DNA of 57,135 bases from an uncultured Coprococcus sp. (GTDB lineage: Bacteria; Bacillota; Clostridia; Lachnospirales; Lachnospiraceae), in NCBI GenBank assembly GCA_900548315.1, contig URJU01000001.1:1-57135 (forward strand), read 5' to 3'. Positions 49,428 to 57,135 of this stretch are shown piece by piece. Both the position numbers and the translations under genes were made by a program. Below the pieces are notes generated by a model. It made no database searches. It worked only from the letters and a program-made list of their open reading frames with translations, and had not been told where the DNA came from. Numbering within the stretch: position 1 is the first letter of the stretch; each line of letters starts with the position of its first letter.

Positions 49428-50041
49428 CAGAAACAGTGATGGATAAAGACATGGAAGACTGTTATTCGGTGGATATGAATGATGCGGTCAGGCATGGTAT
49501 GTGTGTCAGTATCTTGTCGTCTCAGTTGGCAAGAGAGCTTGGGATGGATGATCTGTCTGTACACAAAGTGGCTGTTGCAGGGATGCTTCACGATGTGGGT
49601 AAGCTGCAGATCAGTCCGTATATTTACGGACGGAGGAGAAATACCATGAAGATAGAGGAAATGCAGTATGTGCGACTTCATGCAAAGCTTGGTGCGGATA
49701 TACTGCGCAGAGATGGATATGACCAGGATATAGTTGATATGGTTCATTATCATCACGAGAATTTCGACGGTTCAGGCTATCCATACCGGATGCGTGGGGA
49801 TGAGATTCCCGTAGGAGCCAGAATAATAAGGGTGTGTGATGTGTTCAGCGCCCTGGTTAGCAACAGACCATACAGGAGCGCATTTGACACGGAAACAGCA
49901 TTTGGTATGGTTATAGACGAGGTCAGACACTTTGACATGAAAGTGTTTTTGGCGTTTCAGAGGATGATAAACACATCCGATGTGCTTGAACGCATAGACG
50001 ATGTACTTCATGGGAGTATACCGGGACTTGACGAAAAGTGA
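49418..50041 (+). CDS. Stand-alone HD-GYP domain protein (cyclic dinucleotide phosphodiesterase-like)
   Basis: HDVGK, HHENFDGSGYP, ARII.VCD and RPYR motifs. Confidence 0.88.
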   Translation: MELAETVMDKDMEDCYSVDMNDAVRHGMCVSILSSQLARELGMDDLSVHKVAVAGMLHDVGKLQISPYIYGRRRNTMKIEEMQYVRLHAKLGADILRRDGYDQDIVDMVHYHHENFDGSGYPYRMRGDEIPVGARIIRVCDVFSALVSNRPYRSAFDTETAFGMVIDEVRHFDMKVFLAFQRMINTSDVLERIDDVLHGSIPGLDEK

Positions 50042-50092
50042 AAAAAGTGTATAGTGACATAAGGAAGTTTTTTATAGGAGGAACAGCAAAAG

Positions 50093-51907
50093 ATGGCAGA
50101 ATCTATGCAGGGGCTTAAAAGAAGCCACAGATGTACAGAGGTAAGCAGCGCAAATATCGGCGAGAAAGTTACAGTGATGGGCTGGGTTGCCAAGAGTAGA
50201 AATAAAGGTGGTATTATATTTGTCGACCTTCGAGATAGAAGTGGAATCTTACAGGTTATTTTCGAGGAGGCGCAGTGTGGAACAGAGTGTTTTGAAAAGG
50301 CGGGAAAGCTCCGCTCAGAGTTTGTTGCTGCCATAGAGGGAACAGTGTGCAAGCGTGCCGGTGCGGTGAATGAGAATCTCGCCACGGGAGATATAGAGGT
50401 TGTTGCGACAAGCCTTCGTATCCTGTCAGAGGCGGAGACACCTCCATTCCCTATCGAGGAGAACAGTAAGACTAAGGAAGAACTGAGACTTAAGTACAGA
50501 TATCTGGATCTTAGACGTCCTGATCTTCAGAGAAATCTTATGATGAAGAGCAAGGTTGCGGGCATTGCCAGACAGTTTATGGCAGATGAGGGATTCCTTG
50601 AGATAGAGACCCCTATGCTGACAAAGTCAACACCGGAGGGAGCCAGAGATTACCTTGTGCCTAGCCGTGTGCATCCGGGTTCATTCTACGCCCTGCCACA
50701 GTCACCACAGTTATTCAAGCAGCTCCTCATGTGTTCAGGATATGACAGATATTTCCAGATAGCCAGATGTTTCCGTGACGAGGATCTTCGTGCGGACAGA
50801 CAGCCTGAGTTTACGCAGATGGATATGGAGCTTTCATTTGTCGATGTTGAGGATGTAATAGATGTAAATGAGCGTCTTCTTGCAAAGCTTTTCAAGGAGG
50901 TGCTTGATCTTGACATTCAGGTTCCTATCCAGAGGATGACATGGCAGGAGGCTATGGACAGATTTGGTTCAGATAAGCCGGACCTCAGATTCGGACTTGA
51001 GCTTAAGGATGTGAGCGACATAGTTAAAGACTGTGGATTTGGCGTGTTTACAGGTGCTCTTGAAAATGGCGGTACAGTGCGTGGTATCAATGCTGAAGGT
51101 CAGGGCAGCATGCCTAGAAAGAAGATAGATGCCCTTATTGAGTATGCAAAGACATACGGTGCAAAGGGACTTGCATATATAGTTATCAATGAGGATGGCA
51201 GCTACAAGTCATCATTTGCAAAGTTTATGACAGATGAACAGATGTCAGCCCTTGTAAACGCGATGGAAGGAAAGCCGGGCGACTTTCTCCTTTTTGCAGC
51301 AGACAAGAAGAAGGTAGTATGGACAGTTCTCGGAGCACTCAGATGCCATCTGGCAGAGCTCATGGGACTCGTTGATAAGAATGAGTTCAGATTCGTGTGG
51401 ATTACAGAGTTCCCACTCCTTGAGTGGTCTGATGAGGAGAACAGATTTACAGCTATGCACCATCCGTTCACAATGCCTATGGAGGAAGATCTTCAGTACA
51501 TCGATTCTGATCCGGGCAGAGTTCGTGCAAAGGCATATGATATCGTATTAAATGGTAATGAGATCGGTGGGGGTTCAGTGAGGATCCATCAGGATGATAT
51601 TCAGGAGAAGATGTTTGAGTGCCTTGGATTTACAAAGGCTCAGGCTCATGAGAGATTTGGTTTCCTTCTGGATGCATTCAAATATGGAGTGCCACCACAC
51701 GCAGGACTTGCTTATGGTCTTGACCGTTTGGTCATGCTCATGGCAAAGCAGGATTCTATCCGTGACGTTATCGCATTCCCTAAGGTAAAGGATGCATCAT
51801 GTCCAATGACAAATGCTCCTGACCGCGTGGATGACAAGCAGCTTGCTGAGCTTGGAATCGAGGTCGCTCCAGAGGAGACAGAACACACAGAAGGTATTAC
51901 CGAGTAG
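50093..51907 (+). CDS. aspS: Aspartate--tRNA ligase
   Basis: RLKYRYLDLRR, PEGARDY, QSPQLFKQ, FRDEDLRADRQPEF and PPHAG motifs. Confidence 0.97.
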   Translation: MAESMQGLKRSHRCTEVSSANIGEKVTVMGWVAKSRNKGGIIFVDLRDRSGILQVIFEEAQCGTECFEKAGKLRSEFVAAIEGTVCKRAGAVNENLATGDIEVVATSLRILSEAETPPFPIEENSKTKEELRLKYRYLDLRRPDLQRNLMMKSKVAGIARQFMADEGFLEIETPMLTKSTPEGARDYLVPSRVHPGSFYALPQSPQLFKQLLMCSGYDRYFQIARCFRDEDLRADRQPEFTQMDMELSFVDVEDVIDVNERLLAKLFKEVLDLDIQVPIQRMTWQEAMDRFGSDKPDLRFGLELKDVSDIVKDCGFGVFTGALENGGTVRGINAEGQGSMPRKKIDALIEYAKTYGAKGLAYIVINEDGSYKSSFAKFMTDEQMSALVNAMEGKPGDFLLFAADKKKVVWTVLGALRCHLAELMGLVDKNEFRFVWITEFPLLEWSDEENRFTAMHHPFTMPMEEDLQYIDSDPGRVRAKAYDIVLNGNEIGGGSVRIHQDDIQEKMFECLGFTKAQAHERFGFLLDAFKYGVPPHAGLAYGLDRLVMLMAKQDSIRDVIAFPKVKDASCPMTNAPDRVDDKQLAELGIEVAPEETEHTEGITE

Positions 51908-51933
51908 GATGTTCAACATAATAAAGTTATTAA

Positions 51934-51966
51934 GGAGGCTGTTCCCTAGTGGAATAGCCTCTTTTT
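51934..51966 (+). terminator. Terminator after aspS
   Basis: ggaggctgttcc-ctagt-ggaatagcctct followed by a T-tract. Confidence 0.8.
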
Positions 51967-51988
51967 ATGCTTGCGCGGAGTAAAAGGA

Positions 51989-52014
51989 ATAAACATCTTA
52001 TGTGGAGCATATAT
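51989..52014 (+). promoter_or_regulatory. Candidate SigE promoter
   Basis: ATA-N16-CATATAT upstream of the PrcB-like and sipL-like genes. Confidence 0.45.
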
Positions 52015-52035
52015 ATAATACCGGAGGTGAAGTAT

Positions 52036-52485
52036 ATGGATGGTGAGAAGGCATATAGATATGGTTGGCTCTGTGGAAGGATAGTGCTTGTTCTGGTGAT
52101 GGCGTTTGTGCTGACAGAAATGTGTGCCGGATGTGGAAGATTTGACATGTCGGACAGTGGGGAAAATCTGGTGTACGATGTGTGCGATGAGACAATGCTG
52201 CCGGAGGAATTGACGGCGATAATAGACAGAAAAAAGGAGAAACCGTTTAATCTGGTTTATTCTAATAGTACATATACATATATAGTGATGGCTGCCGGAA
52301 TGCAGGAGAGAGATGATGTTGGGATGGAGCTGGAGGAGATGTATAAGGACGACAATGCAATATACGTCAAAGCACTGCTCAGGCAGACAGCCACACCCAC
52401 TGATGGAGTGAAAGGAGACGGAGTCTCTTTCCCATATACTGTAATAAGAATAATGAAGATGGATCTGCCTGTGGTATTCAAATAA
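52036..52485 (+). CDS. PrcB C-terminal domain lipoprotein
   Basis: Signal peptide ending in CAGC; KEKPF..Y, TYI and SFPYTVI..DLPVVF; GGAGG RBS. Confidence 0.7.
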   Translation: MDGEKAYRYGWLCGRIVLVLVMAFVLTEMCAGCGRFDMSDSGENLVYDVCDETMLPEELTAIIDRKKEKPFNLVYSNSTYTYIVMAAGMQERDDVGMELEEMYKDDNAIYVKALLRQTATPTDGVKGDGVSFPYTVIRIMKMDLPVVFK

Positions 52486-52514
52486 AAAAAGCAAATGTAA
52501 GAGATGGGGGAAAT

Positions 52515-54080
52515 ATGGAACTTACAAAGAACAGGATCACTACAACAAATTTAAAAACCGCGAAATATATGGAGTTTACGGTGGACGATGATTTTAATGT
52601 TCCGGATGTCAAGGGTGATATAGACAGGTTTATTGCCAGCAAGGGGCAGGTGTCGTTGGACGAGACTGAGGTGCTTGATGGAAGAGTAAGGATATCGGGA
52701 AATGTGAGCTATGCCATTCTGTATCAGACTGATGCGGATGGAAGTATGTTCGAGAGCCATGATGGTGAGATACCATTTGAGGAGCTCATCAATGCAGATG
52801 AACTGCAGCCGGGGGATAAGGTGTCTGTACAGAGTAGTTTGGAGGATCTCTATGTTACGGTGATAAACTCACGCAAATACGAAGTCCGAGGACTTGTGCA
52901 GGTCAAGTTGTGGGTGTGTCAGCAGGTTACAGCAGAGGGGGCCACAGGGATTGCAAACGGGTCAGGTATAGAGTGTATGACTGAGAGGGTGTGCTTTACA
53001 AATGTTGTGGCATCCTCGAAGGATATCGTGAAACTCAAGGAGGATGTTGAAATTCCTGCCAGCAAGCCGGATATAGGACAGATACTCTGGGATCAGGTTA
53101 CATTTGCAGAGCTGGACAGCCGAGCAACGGATATGGGAGTGCATATAAGCGGCAGGATGGATGTATTTGTCATATACAGACCGGAGGATGAACTTGCCCC
53201 GATACAATATGTAAATGCCTCTAGAGAGTTTCAGGACACTATAAATTGTGATGGAATAAATGAAGATATGATACTGGACGATATCATAACAGTGGGCAGG
53301 GGAACGGTGTCCGTCAGGGCTGATGATCACGGAGAAGACAGAGTACTTCAGGTAGAGAGCAGTTTAAATGTCGATGTGAAGGTGTATGAAGATGTGGAGA
53401 CAGAACTTCTTAGGGATATGTTCTCATACTCTGCTGAAGTTGAGCCGGTGAGGAATAGTTTTAGCTATGAGAACCTTCTCATGAGAAACAATGCCAAGAC
53501 AAAGGTTGTGCGAAAGGAGAAGATTAAAAGCAGCCAGGCACCCATACTTCAAGTCGTTAACATCACAGGGATGGTTGATATAGATGAGGTAATGCCATCA
53601 GATGATGCTGTGATGGTGGATGGTGCTGTTAAGGCATCAGTGATGTATGTGTCGTCAGATGACACTAGACCGTTGTGCCAGATGGAGATAGCAGCTCCGT
53701 TCACATACAGGCTGGAGACGGTGCCGCTCAGGTCGCAAGATTCTATCAGGATAACACCTACTCTCAGCCAGATATCTGCATCTCTGCCTGGAAATGACGA
53801 GGTTGAGATGAAAGCAATAGTTGATATGGGAATGACGATATTTACAAGGAAAGAGATAGAGCTAATAGATGACATGACTGTTGCTCCGATAGATATGAAA
53901 AAGAAAGCGGCGTCACCGGGGATAGTTGGATATGTCGTGAAGGATGGGGACAGTATATGGTCTATAGCAAAGGAGTATTATTCCAGCCTGGATTCAATAA
54001 GAAAGATGAACAGTCTAGAGAGTGATAATATACAGAAAGGCGATAAGCTGATAGTAGTCAAATGTGTGACGGCTCAGTGA
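52515..54080 (+). CDS. sipL: SPOCS (DUF3794) x3 plus LysM spore coat morphogenetic protein
   Basis: VPDVKGDI and IPASKPDI repeats; C-terminal LysM YVVKDGDSIWSIAKEY. Confidence 0.85.
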   Translation: MELTKNRITTTNLKTAKYMEFTVDDDFNVPDVKGDIDRFIASKGQVSLDETEVLDGRVRISGNVSYAILYQTDADGSMFESHDGEIPFEELINADELQPGDKVSVQSSLEDLYVTVINSRKYEVRGLVQVKLWVCQQVTAEGATGIANGSGIECMTERVCFTNVVASSKDIVKLKEDVEIPASKPDIGQILWDQVTFAELDSRATDMGVHISGRMDVFVIYRPEDELAPIQYVNASREFQDTINCDGINEDMILDDIITVGRGTVSVRADDHGEDRVLQVESSLNVDVKVYEDVETELLRDMFSYSAEVEPVRNSFSYENLLMRNNAKTKVVRKEKIKSSQAPILQVVNITGMVDIDEVMPSDDAVMVDGAVKASVMYVSSDDTRPLCQMEIAAPFTYRLETVPLRSQDSIRITPTLSQISASLPGNDEVEMKAIVDMGMTIFTRKEIELIDDMTVAPIDMKKKAASPGIVGYVVKDGDSIWSIAKEYYSSLDSIRKMNSLESDNIQKGDKLIVVKCVTAQ

Positions 54081-54431
54081 TTATTTTCCAGACGTTTGAT
54101 GTCTTTTTATTTTGCTGGAGGTTTTCCATCGTATTCCGTATTTGTTGTTGTTCCCTCTTGACGCGGCAGTCTTCGCAGATATGATGTCATCATAGGTGAC
54201 TGGCAGATCGGATAATCCTAGAATATAATCTGCAGATACATTGTACAGTCTGGAGAGATATAGCAGATGACGGATGGGCATAGCATTTGCATCCCGTTCA
54301 TATCGGGCATACATAGTTTGTGATGTACATAGATAGTCGGCTACGAACTTTTGGGAATAGTCATGGTCTTCCCTCAGTTCCCGAATGCGCTGTATGTACT
54401 TTTTATCATCGTCAAAATATGTATAATTCAT
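54081..54431 (-). CDS. XRE-family HTH regulator
   Basis: RIRELREDHDYSQKFVADYL..SQTMYARYE and YNVSADYILGL motifs. Confidence 0.88.
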   Translation of the reverse strand: MNYTYFDDDKKYIQRIRELREDHDYSQKFVADYLCTSQTMYARYERDANAMPIRHLLYLSRLYNVSADYILGLSDLPVTYDDIISAKTAASRGNNNKYGIRWKTSSKIKRHQTSGK

Positions 54432-54480
54432 GCTATCACCCATTAAAAATGATAGCATAGGATGCCTGGGTATTTGGGAT

Positions 54481-54502
54481 TCTAGTAAATATATTTACTA
54501 GA
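54481..54502. promoter_or_regulatory. Perfect 22-bp palindrome, candidate XRE operator
   Basis: tctagtaaatatatttactaga, about 50 bp upstream of the XRE start. Confidence 0.55.
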
Positions 54503-54511
54503 TAAAAATAA

Positions 54512-54580
54512 AAGAAAATCCGCACAATGATGCTGACAGATAGAATAAATATCTGCAGGCAATATTATGCGGATTTTCTT
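54512..54580 (-). terminator. Terminator after bioY
   Basis: aagaaaatccgca...tgcggattttctt, with a T-tract on the minus strand. Confidence 0.65.
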
Positions 54581-54614
54581 GTGCGTTGTTTTCGTTTGTC
54601 GACTTATCCTGTAA

Positions 54615-55187
54615 CTATTCCTCTGCTGCGGCTTTTTCTGTATCCTCAGTTTTGTCAGGAAGGAGTCTTGTGAACAAAGGTACGATCTGGGCGGCGATAA
54701 CTGCCTTTACGAGATCAAGTGGAATGAAAGCGACAAATCCGGAAAGGAATGCGACCTTCCATGTAAGATTGCCGTTGAATTTCCACCAGATCATACCGAT
54801 TATATCGATTATCACTACGCCGAGAATGGCAAATAAAGTGTATGCAAGTCTATTGTATTTCTTTCCTTTTATCAGACCTATTACGATAGATGCTATGATA
54901 AATGAAAATGTATAACCGCCAAATACGCCAAAGAGGTACCCAAGTCCTGAACCGCCTCCAATAAATACCGGAACACCTACCGCACCGAGTATCATCCACA
55001 GTGCGATGATGATCGTCGAATCTCTGAGCTCAAATACGAGAGCGATAAGGATGATCATAAAGTTGAGCAGTGTGATGTGGGCTGCATTTGGCAGCGGTGT
55101 AGGTATGCTCAGATATGCGGAAACGCACAGGATGGCGGTGAACATTGCCATCATAACCAGCTCGATCGTTGTAAATTTGTTTTTCAT
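54615..55187 (-). CDS. bioY: Biotin ECF transporter S component
   Basis: AMFTAILCV, LGAVGVPVF.GG, GGY and FIPLDLVK motifs; BirA boxes upstream. Confidence 0.93.
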   Translation of the reverse strand: MKNKFTTIELVMMAMFTAILCVSAYLSIPTPLPNAAHITLLNFMIILIALVFELRDSTIIIALWMILGAVGVPVFIGGGSGLGYLFGVFGGYTFSFIIASIVIGLIKGKKYNRLAYTLFAILGVVIIDIIGMIWWKFNGNLTWKVAFLSGFVAFIPLDLVKAVIAAQIVPLFTRLLPDKTEDTEKAAAEE

Positions 55188-55309
55188 TTGATTTGTCCTC
55201 CAGTTAATTAGAATGATTAGAACATTATAATTGCCCGTGTTTTACCGCGAGACGGCTATTCATAACAAAACCAGGTAGTTCCAGCGGGCTGATGCTGAAT
55301 ACTGCCTGG

Positions 55310-55399
55310 AATGTCAACCTATACACAAGGGCTATGGTTGACATTATATAGAACATCACAGCAAATGTCAACCATAAAAATATGATGCGGTTAACATTT
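55310..55399 (-). promoter_or_regulatory. Two BirA operators bracketing a consensus sigma-A promoter for bioY
   Basis: aatgtcaacc-N16-ggttgacatt (55310-55345) and aaatgtcaacc-N15-ggttaacattt (55363-55399); minus-strand TTGACA(55371-55366)-N17-TATAAT(55348-55343). Confidence 0.88.
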
Positions 55400-55449
55400 G
55401 CTGTTTATAATTGTTAAGATACCATTGAGAGGGAGCAACTCTTTCACAC

Positions 55450-55478
55450 TTGTAAATTTTTGTCATTTGGTTTACAAT
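55450..55478 (+). promoter_or_regulatory. Sigma-A promoter for the HIT gene
   Basis: TTGTAA-N17-TACAAT. Confidence 0.65.
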
Positions 55479-55508
55479 ATATAAAGGCGATGAGGAGGTA
55501 AAGCATAT

Positions 55509-55925
55509 ATGAACAAGGATGATTGTATTTTTTGTAAGATAGCCAACGGCGAGATTCCATCAGCAACCGTCTATGAAGACAGCGTGTGCAGAGTTATCCT
55601 CGATGTGAATCCAGCAAACAAAGGTCATGCGCTTATAATCCCGAAAGAACACTTTGACAATATATATAGCATAGATGCAGAGACAGCCGCCAAGATATTT
55701 ACTATAGCTACTGAGGTAGCAAAAGCTCAGAAGGCGGAATTGAATCCTGACGGATTAAATATATTACAGAACAACGGAGAGGCAGCAGGTCAGACTGTAT
55801 TTCATTTCCATATGCATCTTGTCCCAAGATACATCAAGGACAATGTTACTATGACATGGATACCTGGCAAGGCAGATACAGAAGAGCTGTCTACATTGTC
55901 TAAGGCACTCAGAAAGAGAATCTAG
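55509..55925 (+). CDS. HIT-family nucleotide hydrolase
   Basis: CIFCKI, GHALIIPK and GQTVFHFHMHLVPR histidine triad. Confidence 0.95.
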   Translation: MNKDDCIFCKIANGEIPSATVYEDSVCRVILDVNPANKGHALIIPKEHFDNIYSIDAETAAKIFTIATEVAKAQKAELNPDGLNILQNNGEAAGQTVFHFHMHLVPRYIKDNVTMTWIPGKADTEELSTLSKALRKRI

Positions 55926-55966
55926 ACGATTAGAGATAGAGACATATAAGTTTTTGTGAGAGAGAG

Positions 55967-56002
55967 CAGCATATGATGAAACAGAAGTCATATGCTGTTT
56001 TT
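55967..56002 (+). terminator. Terminator after the HIT gene
   Basis: cagcatatga...tcatatgctg followed by ttttt. Confidence 0.7.
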
Positions 56003-56098
56003 CTTTATTTATGCTTTAATAGGCAGACGATGATGACAATTCGATAATACGTGGGTGTATATACACATAACATACGGGAGAAGAGCGTGGAGAGTTAT

Positions 56099-56848
56099 AT
56101 GGAGATTGACCCCCAAAAACATCATAATGGCATAAGGATTTTTTCGTCCAACACATTGAAAGTTATAGCATGCATAAGCATGCTTACAGATCATATCGGA
56201 CTGGTTTTTATGGAAAATGATATAGGGATGCGCGCTGTGGGGCGCCTGGCATTTCCTATATTTGCATTCTTGGTCGTACAGGGACTCATGCACACATCAG
56301 ATGTAAGAAAGTACTTATTGAGAATGGGGGCATTTGCATTGATATCAGAGATCCCATTTGATCTTGCGCTGCATGATAGGATGTGGTATCCGCAGGCTCA
56401 GAATATATTCTTTACATTGACAGCGGGACTATTGGCTATATATTCCATGGAAAGCAGCGAACGGCTTGGAAGATGGCGGGTGGAGATAACTTTTGCCTCT
56501 GCACTGATTGCAGAATTCCTTCGTTTTGATTACGGAATGGCAGGTGTGGGTATTATATTTATATTTTACTGGTGTGAGAAAGAGAGGCAGGCAGGCTTGC
56601 TGACAGACTCAGGGGATGTTGGGAAACTGACATATTTCAGCCTGAGACAAAATATGGAGGCATTTATAATGAGTGCGATCACATATGTACTGTGTTTGGG
56701 TATGGGGCAGATGTATGCTTTGCTTGCACTGATACCGATAAATATGTACAGTGGCAAACGTGGAATAGGAAATATAAAATATCTTTTTTACTTGTTTTAT
56801 CCAGTTCATTTGCTTGTGATATGGCTTGTATTGAAAAATAACTGTTGA
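56099..56848 (+). CDS. TraX-family membrane protein (putative acyltransferase)
   Basis: LKVIACISMLTDH, GRLAFPIF, ISEIPF, NIFFTL, DYG and FYLFYPVHL motifs. Confidence 0.88.
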   Translation: MEIDPQKHHNGIRIFSSNTLKVIACISMLTDHIGLVFMENDIGMRAVGRLAFPIFAFLVVQGLMHTSDVRKYLLRMGAFALISEIPFDLALHDRMWYPQAQNIFFTLTAGLLAIYSMESSERLGRWRVEITFASALIAEFLRFDYGMAGVGIIFIFYWCEKERQAGLLTDSGDVGKLTYFSLRQNMEAFIMSAITYVLCLGMGQMYALLALIPINMYSGKRGIGNIKYLFYLFYPVHLLVIWLVLKNNC

Positions 56849-56902
56849 CTATTGTCTTTTAATGATATAGAGTAATGATTGCATTATAGATATTAGAAAA
56901 CG

Positions 56903-57025
56903 CTCTTATTCAGAATGGTGGAGTCAGAAGGGACGAAGAAGCCATGGCAACCCCGGAAACAAAGATCTGGAAGGTGCCGACCTGAGCGACGCAGACAAAA
57001 GTAATCTGTGTTCGAACAATGAGAG
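56903..57025 (+). ncRNA. SAM-I (S-box) riboswitch
   Basis: P1 ctcttatt/aatgagag, ggtggag, ggcaacc and ggtgcc motifs; upstream of metK; promoter TTGACT-N17-TAGAGT at 56845-56873. Confidence 0.88.
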
Positions 57026-57042
57026 GCTTGACAGAAACGATC

Positions 57043-57070
57043 AAACCGCTCATACGAAGCGGTTTTTATT
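57043..57070 (+). terminator. Riboswitch expression-platform terminator
   Basis: aaaccgct-catacga-agcggttt followed by ttatt, between the aptamer and metK. Confidence 0.8.
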
Positions 57071-57094
57071 ATGTACAAAAAGAAAGGAAATAGA

Positions 57095-57135
57095 ATGGAA
57101 AGAAGATTATTTACATCAGAATCAGTAACAGAAGG
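57095..57135 (+). CDS. metK: S-adenosylmethionine synthetase, 5' fragment cut by the window edge
   Basis: MERRLFTSESVTE(G) is the canonical MetK N-terminus; AAAGGA RBS; SAM riboswitch upstream. Confidence 0.92.
   Translation, partial: MERRLFTSESVTE

Noticed and set aside
50028..50092. T-box leader for aspS
   Set aside because: The intergenic space is only ~50 nt; just a TTGACG-N16-TATAGT promoter-like motif is visible.
56099..56848. Conjugative element suggested by TraX
   Set aside because: It is a solitary TraX-family gene among housekeeping genes, with no relaxase, T4SS or integrase.

Overview
This is a mostly housekeeping chromosomal region from an anaerobic Firmicute. Gene content and order point to Lachnospiraceae/Clostridia (inference). 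It contains two conserved backbones: decarboxylase-tmk-holB-ricT-trmN6-rsmI, and TIGR04086-scfA-scfB-secDF-recJ-apt-rel-MBL-hemZ-aspS. Other recognisable parts are an iorAB-paaK arylpyruvate/arylacetate module, lysA, an orphan AgrC-like kinase, sipL, bioY with two BirA operators, and a SAM-I riboswitch in front of a partial metK. The SCIFF precursor scfA (34652-34801) is missing from the supplied ORF track. The most unusual part is a ~13 kb operon at 21293-34096. It encodes two paralogous FHA proteins, a PP2C phosphatase, a transmembrane Ser/Thr kinase, a membrane protein with nine tandem acidic T-D-V-L motifs (candidate pThr/FHA docking sites), a 1597-aa Ig-repeat surface protein and a HAD phosphatase. 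Its sigma-A promoter lies between 11-bp inverted repeats and may be invertible. Secondary leads are a ~177-nt structured element upstream of lysA (6S-like or REP/MITE-like), an XRE membrane regulator with a small paralogous membrane peptide, and a terminator-like hairpin in the bioY leader. I found no tRNA, rRNA, CRISPR array or transposase. All family assignments come from motifs recognised by eye; no searches were run.
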